This document shows positions 58,739 through 64,000 of a stretch of 64,000 bases of DNA, in pieces. Under the pieces are notes generated by a model. That model was not told the origin of the DNA. It saw only the letters and a list, made by a program, of their open reading frames with translations, and did not search any database. Position 1 is the stretch's first letter; each line of letters starts with the position of its first letter. Location of the stretch: assembly GCA_965223845.1 (NCBI GenBank), contig CBDCXR010000004.1, positions 1,792,001-1,856,000 of the forward strand, given 5' to 3'. The stretch comes from Planctomycetota bacterium. Its GTDB lineage: Bacteria; Planctomycetota; UBA8108; SXIK01. The position numbers were made by a program, and so were the translations under genes.

Positions 58739-61700
58739 CTACGGAAGCTGTGTTTCGAGGTCCAATCGAACACCCCGAGTCACGTTCGCGTCTTCGAGCT
58801 CGAGATACTCTCCGCCCTCCTGCGCTCGGCGCACGGCGACGGAGAATCGACCCGCCGGCAATTCTCGGAGTACAAACGATCCGCCGGCGCCCGTTCGCGT
58901 TCGGAATTGTTCGTGCTTCGCCGCGAATTTCGGTCGAAGCAAGATCTCGACCCCGTCCTCTGGTTCGCCGCCGGAATCGCTCAGCGTTCCCGTGAGCTCG
59001 ATCCCTCTGCGATCGTTCCCGATCGTCAGGTGGGATCTTTGAGACGCGGTAACCGATACCCGCTCCCGAATGCGCGTTTCGGTTCGAGCGCGGACTCGCG
59101 GACCGACGGTCCACTCGACAAAAAACGCCCCGGGGGAGAGATCATTCCAGCTGAACCGACCCTCGGCGTCCGTGATCGTGTCCTCGCTCCATGCCTCTCT
59201 CGGATACTCAGCGACGCGATCCTCGTCATGAAGACGAATCAATCGGACGGTTCGCCCGGTAGCGGGCTTGCCGTCCTCAACGAGGATTCCTTCGATGACC
59301 TCTCCGGGCGAGAGTGCGACCGAGAGTTCGCCGGCATCGCCGCGTAGCTCCGGCCACTGCTTGCTCGAGAGCGCGACGCGTTGATAGCCCGGCGCCCGGA
59401 CGAGGAGAGTTCCTTCGTTCTTCGCGGTGAATTGAAACGCGCCATCCGCGGCAGTGACGATCTTCTCCACTCCGCGCATCCGCGAGAGCGTTCGTTCATT
59501 CCACACGTCTGAATGACCCGTTTTGCTGCTCAGATAAACGAGAGCGTTCGGAATCGGATCTCCGGAACTCGCGTCGAAGACGTAGCCTTCGAGTTTCGTG
59601 CCTCGTTTCAATCGAATGAGATGCTGCGGCGCCGCATCCGCTCGTGCGGGATGAACGCCGGTGAGTTCGGCCTTCGCGTACCCGTCCGCCTCGACAGCGA
59701 AGCTGAACGGCACCGGGGTGCCGGATCGGTAGAGGTTCTCGAGAACAAACCGACCGTCGGGAACCGAGAACGATTCGCCGACGACTCCACGGCGCGAGCT
59801 GTAATTCGTTCCGCCCGTGATGCGAACGCGAAACTGGTTCACGGGTTCATCGCTCGCATCGTCGACGACGCGGCCCCGGACGATCCCGGGCCGATAGAGA
59901 ACGACCGAGAGCTCCTCCTCAGTGCTCGGATTCGCCTTGCTCCAGTCAGAGTATCCGCGTGCACTCACACGAATTCTTCGCAGCCGGCGCGCCACGTCCC
60001 GGAGCGAGAACCTGCCCGGTGCATCGGTCACGGTTCGGTGGGGCACGCCGGGAAGCAGAAGCGAGACGCTGTAGGGCGTTCCGACCGAGATCGCTTCGAC
60101 ACGAGCACCCTCTACCGGGATCCCTTCCTCGTCGGTAACGGTTCCGGAGAATTCACGCGACTCACTCAGCGTGAAGTCCATCTTCGTCGGTTCGTCCGGC
60201 GTTCCCACCTTCACGTTGGGACGGATCTGTGGGGCCCAGCCGTCGGCGTAGGCGACAAGGAGGATCTCGGGAGCACGGTTCGTAAACTCGAGACGATAGG
60301 CTCCGCTACCACTCGTTTGCGCGTATTCGCTCCACGTTTCGCCGCCGAAGGACATCGTACCGTCGTTGTAGCCGACGAGAGCTCCAGCGACGGGTCGGCC
60401 ATCTGGATCGAACACGGTCCCTTCGATCGCCCGTACGCTGCGAGAGAGCGCTTCGATGACGATCCGCGACGACCATCTACCGACTTGGTCTGAGTTCGGT
60501 CGCAAATCGCCGACGGAGACGACGGTGTAGCCCTCCTTGGATATGCGGAACTTCGGTTCTCGGCGGCGGAAGGTGCTATCACGCCAGACGACCGCTTCGC
60601 CGTTCGCATCGGTGAGTGCGACGAACCTGCGCCCGTAGGAGGCGTAGCCACCGCGCTCTTGTTCCGGCGACTCGACCTCGACGTCCGCGATGGCGTGCCC
60701 GTCGGTGTCGACGACGCGAACAACGACCTCCAGCGCCGGATTGAGCTGGACGTCGCACTCGGTTCTTCCTCGTTCGGTCACGTGGAGCGCGACCTCACGC
60801 CGTGCGTAACTCTCCGCCCAAACAGCGAGCCGCGTCTCGCCCGCGCCGTTTCGCGCGAGGGAATAGACGCCGTCCTGACCCGAACGTGCACTGGACTCGG
60901 GAGTTCCCGAAGATGACTCGATCAGCGCGTTCTCGATCGGAGCCCCGGTCGTCGCGTCCGTGACGCGTCCCGATACGATGTACGCCGGATCGAGACGGAT
61001 CACGATGGGAGCCGAGGACTGCGGCCGGGTGAGGTCGACGTCGGTTGTCGCCTGGACCGCGAGCGCGTGAGCGACGACTACGCGAACGGAATCCCAGGAA
61101 TTGGGATACTCTAGGCGGGCCACGCCGCGCTCGTTCGTCGTACTCGGGGGAAGAGTGCTCGCGCGCTCGACGGCGCGCGTTCCCTCAGCGCCGGCCTGCC
61201 TGCTCTGGCGGTAAGAATCGATCCGAGCGTCCGCCACGGGTTCGCCGGATTCCGACCACACCACTCGTATCGGCAGCGCGATTTCTTCCCGCGCGTCGTC
61301 CGTTGGAAGCGCGTCGCCGGCCCCGAGGGGTGCGTCTCGGGGTTCAGGCGGCAGGTCGACGACAGCCGCGACCGATCCGGCTGGCACGGGAGCGGTCCCA
61401 TCGTCACCTTCCGTCCACACGCTGACCAGAACCGCGAGCGATGTGGCGGCGACTCCAATCACCGCAAGGGCCCCGACGGCACGCGAGAAACCACCTCCGG
61501 AAGTCGGCGCTGCCCCAGGTGAGCGCGAGAGCTCGGGCGTCGACAGTCCGGAGATCGCGATCTTTCCGAGCTTAGTGGTTAGTGAGCTCGGAACCGTCGC
61601 GAACGCGTTCTTCGTCAGCAGAGACGCGAACACAGCCGCACCGATCGGCACGCCGGCGGATCGCAGTCGAGCGCGAATGCGCTCGACCGCCTTCGCTCCG

Positions 61701-62170
61701 CGATAGCTGACGGTGCGGTGACTCAACCCGAGCGAACGGGCGATCGCCGCGATGGTCTCTTGCTCCAAATAATGCCTGACGACGACTTCACGCTGGTCGG
61801 TCGGGAGAGAGTCGATCGCCTCGTCGACGAGCGACTGGATGTCATCCCACGATACCTCGTCGATCGGAGGAGGGGGGGAGAGCGCGACTTCCCGTTCGCG
61901 GCGGCGCGATTCTCGCTTGACGAGATCGAGCGAGCAGCGGGTCGCAACGCGGTGAAGCCAGCCGGCGAGCGATGTTCGCACGCTCGTGCTTCTCTGCGCG
62001 AGCTTGAGAAAACACTCCTGCGTCGCGTCCTCAGCGTCGGCGTCGTTCCGGAGAATTCGTCGACAGGTTCCGTGCACCATGCCGGCATGCCGTTTGAGGA
62101 TTTCCGCAAACGCATCCGGGTCCCGGTTCGCGCGCCAGGCGTCGAGGAGAAGATCGTCGGAAGATGCCAT
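58739..62170 (-). CDS. ECF sigma factor fused to a TM helix and carboxypeptidase-regulatory-like repeats
   Basis: DAEDATQECFLKL..SLAGWLHRVA; LPTDQREVV..IARSLG; TM ALAVIGVAATSLAVLVSVW; same repeat type as the other ECF fusion. Confidence 0.88.
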   Translation of the reverse strand: MASSDDLLLDAWRANRDPDAFAEILKRHAGMVHGTCRRILRNDADAEDATQECFLKLAQRSTSVRTSLAGWLHRVATRCSLDLVKRESRRREREVALSPPPPIDEVSWDDIQSLVDEAIDSLPTDQREVVVRHYLEQETIAAIARSLGLSHRTVSYRGAKAVERIRARLRSAGVPIGAAVFASLLTKNAFATVPSSLTTKLGKIAISGLSTPELSRSPGAAPTSGGGFSRAVGALAVIGVAATSLAVLVSVWTEGDDGTAPVPAGSVAAVVDLPPEPRDAPLGAGDALPTDDAREEIALPIRVVWSESGEPVADARIDSYRQSRQAGAEGTRAVERASTLPPSTTNERGVARLEYPNSWDSVRVVVAHALAVQATTDVDLTRPQSSAPIVIRLDPAYIVSGRVTDATTGAPIENALIESSSGTPESSARSGQDGVYSLARNGAGETRLAVWAESYARREVALHVTERGRTECDVQLNPALEVVVRVVDTDGHAIADVEVESPEQERGGYASYGRRFVALTDANGEAVVWRDSTFRRREPKFRISKEGYTVVSVGDLRPNSDQVGRWSSRIVIEALSRSVRAIEGTVFDPDGRPVAGALVGYNDGTMSFGGETWSEYAQTSGSGAYRLEFTNRAPEILLVAYADGWAPQIRPNVKVGTPDEPTKMDFTLSESREFSGTVTDEEGIPVEGARVEAISVGTPYSVSLLLPGVPHRTVTDAPGRFSLRDVARRLRRIRVSARGYSDWSKANPSTEEELSVVLYRPGIVRGRVVDDASDEPVNQFRVRITGGTNYSSRRGVVGESFSVPDGRFVLENLYRSGTPVPFSFAVEADGYAKAELTGVHPARADAAPQHLIRLKRGTKLEGYVFDASSGDPIPNALVYLSSKTGHSDVWNERTLSRMRGVEKIVTAADGAFQFTAKNEGTLLVRAPGYQRVALSSKQWPELRGDAGELSVALSPGEVIEGILVEDGKPATGRTVRLIRLHDEDRVAEYPREAWSEDTITDAEGRFSWNDLSPGAFFVEWTVGPRVRARTETRIRERVSVTASQRSHLTIGNDRRGIELTGTLSDSGGEPEDGVEILLRPKFAAKHEQFRTRTGAGGSFVLRELPAGRFSVAVRRAQEGGEYLELEDANVTRGVRLDLETQLP

Positions 62171-62493
62171 ATTCGCGTTGTCGCCCTCGTCGGCTGCTCA
62201 GTCGAAGTTGCGTCGGTCGGGCAGGCGCGCCGCGCGCTCGCTCCTACGAAGAGACGACGCTCGTTCAGCGAATGAACAAAGAATTTCGGGCGCGGAACGG
62301 TGACCAGTGGGGTCGCGCGAGTTCGGCGAAGAGTTCGGAACGCGGAGCTGTCGCGGAAAAGCAGGACTCTCCGCTACGATGCGGCCGCCGATGAGCGCTG
62401 GAGAAGCCCAGTCACCGAGACTGGGATTCACGACGGACGGCGCGTCTCAGCGAAAGTGATCCAAACCCCTGAACCATTCACCGGAACGGGCGC

Positions 62494-62889
62494 ATGAGAA
62501 TTCGACTCGAGAGCGTGTTCATTTCCGACATCGACAAAGCATTGTCGTTTTACACCGAAGTGCTCGGCTTCGTTAAGAAGCGGGACATTCCGATGGGCGA
62601 CACGCGATTCGTTACGGTCGTTTCGCCCGAAGAGCCCGATGCCGCGGAGTTGATCCTCGAGCCGAACGGCGAGCATCCTCCGACCAAAGCGTTCAAACGA
62701 GCGCTCTACGACGAAGGAATCCCGCTGACCGCCTTCGCGGTCGACGACATCGCCGAGGAGTATGCGCGACTGACGAATCTCGAGGTCGAATTCCGCACGA
62801 CGCCCAAACGGTACGGAGAGGAGACCGTGGCCACCTTCGACGATACGTGCGGGAATCTCATCATGATCTACCAAACCCACGCGGAATGA
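62494..62889 (+). CDS. VOC/glyoxalase family protein
   Basis: DIDKALSFYTEVLGF, FAVDDI, FDDTCGNLI. Confidence 0.9.
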   Translation: MRIRLESVFISDIDKALSFYTEVLGFVKKRDIPMGDTRFVTVVSPEEPDAAELILEPNGEHPPTKAFKRALYDEGIPLTAFAVDDIAEEYARLTNLEVEFRTTPKRYGEETVATFDDTCGNLIMIYQTHAE

Positions 62890-63258
62890 CGGCGCCCGCT
62901 CGCGTTTGGGTTCGCGATCGTTGCGGTCTTCGGCTCGAGACGCGCTAGAACCGCCGCGAACGTGGACGAAGTTTCTCTGCATCCAATTTCTTGGAATCGG
63001 ATTTCGCCACGTGTTCCCGCAGGAGCGTGGCGGCCCGCGGTCGCTCTCGCTGGATGCGGTCGAGCTCGAATCCGGCGGTGTTACCTGAGGCGTAGATCGA
63101 CGATCTCTCGGCGGCAGAGGAACGCAGTCACGTGGAGCGGTGTGTTGCCGTCCCGATTCGTCACCGCGACGCGCGTGCCGCTTGCAAAATCGAACGATCA
63201 TGCGACGCAAGCCGCTCCTACCCGGCGCTTCGGGGCATCGCCCGCTCGACGGCGCTCG

Positions 63259-63267
63259 TGCTACAAT
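63259..63267 (+). promoter_or_regulatory. Extended -10 element TGcTACAAT
   Basis: About 60 bp upstream of the ATG at 63330. Confidence 0.4.
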
Positions 63268-63329
63268 GTCGGCCACTCGTCAAGTGAGGGTTTATCGCCG
63301 CGGCATCGCGCAGGTTGGAGGGTTTGGCT

Positions 63330-64000
63330 ATGCATAGAGGAGCGGTTGTGTCCCGAGATCCGTCTCGAGACCGGATTCTTGTGGTTCGGGCAGTTGGCAT
63401 CGCGCTCGCGTGCGTACTCGCCCGTCCGGTGGTTGCGGATCCGACGCTCGGATCCTGGGGAGCGGTGCAAGCGCTCCCATGGCGTCCCGTACACTCGGTA
63501 CTTCTCCCCACCGGCAAGGTCCTCATCTACGCGAACACGGACGTCTACACCTGGGATCCCGTGAGCGAAACGCTCACGGACACGAACGATCACGGGTACA
63601 ACGCGTTCTGCGGCGGACATACGCTGCTCGCCGATGGCCGCGTCTTTTTCACGGGCGGGCACATCCCCGGCTGTAACGGTCTGCCCAACGCGACCTACTA
63701 CGATCCGTGGACCGACACCTTCACGCCGGTACCGAACATGGCGGGAGGACGCTGGTATCCATCCATGGTCACTCTCGGGAACGGTGACGTGGTGACGATG
63801 TCGGGCAAGCTCGAAGACGGCAGCAAGAACCTGATTCCGGAAGTGTGGGAGGTCGATGCCGGCGCTTGGCGCCCGCTCACGACGGCGTCCCTCAATCTGC
63901 CGCTTTTCCCCGCGGCGTTTCTCGCGCCGAACGGCCAGGTCTTTCTGGCTACGAGCACGTCGCGATTCCTCGATACCTCGGGAACGGGAACCTGGACGAC
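63330..64000 (+). CDS. Galactose-oxidase/AA5-like kelch copper radical oxidase (3'-truncated)
   Basis: Hand-translated, absent from the ORF track because there is no stop. GGAGG SD, signal-like N-terminus, VHSVLLPTGKVL, FCGGH..LADGR..GG, RWYPS. Confidence 0.8.
   Translation, partial: MHRGAVVSRDPSRDRILVVRAVGIALACVLARPVVADPTLGSWGAVQALPWRPVHSVLLPTGKVLIYANTDVYTWDPVSETLTDTNDHGYNAFCGGHTLLADGRVFFTGGHIPGCNGLPNATYYDPWTDTFTPVPNMAGGRWYPSMVTLGNGDVVTMSGKLEDGSKNLIPEVWEVDAGAWRPLTTASLNLPLFPAAFLAPNGQVFLATSTSRFLDTSGTGTWT

Noticed and set aside
62890-63250. Possible ncRNA or gene remnant (TCCAA-N4-TTGGA inverted repeat)
   Set aside because: No recognisable family, convincing ORF or extended structure.

Overview
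High-GC bacterial window, most likely from a planctomycete. This is inferred from the DUF1592/DUF1552-type pairs, ECF-transmembrane fusions and Cys-ended dockerin-like tails. No rRNA, tRNA, CRISPR array or mobile element is visible. There are four blocks. (1) ~1-19.3 kb: a candidate terpenoid/meroterpenoid biosynthetic locus with a GT4, a thioesterase, a MacB/Lol-type ABC exporter, a squalene-hopene-cyclase-like enzyme, a second prenyltransferase-repeat protein, a DUF116-polyprenyl synthase fusion, a ferredoxin module, a CobW GTPase, an orphan GcvH, IscS, a HemN-like radical SAM enzyme, a chorismate-lyase-like protein and a flavin halogenase-like enzyme. It also holds an unannotated structured leader with a 27-aa amphipathic ORF. 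(2) ~19.4-43.3 kb: a uronate/sialic-acid locus with a sialidase-sulfatase-O-acetylesterase fusion, an AGE epimerase, NanA, GntR and three secreted dockerin-tailed proteins. Together those three carry ten copies of a ~200-aa lectin-like domain, and one gene has a near-perfect 1.19-kb internal duplication. (3) 43.4-54.3 kb: two DUF1592/DUF1552-type pairs around an FGE-fold/WD40 protein. (4) 54.4-64 kb: two convergent ECF sigma-transmembrane-repeat fusions, a VOC protein and a truncated galactose-oxidase-like gene. All family calls come from motif reading, not from database searches.
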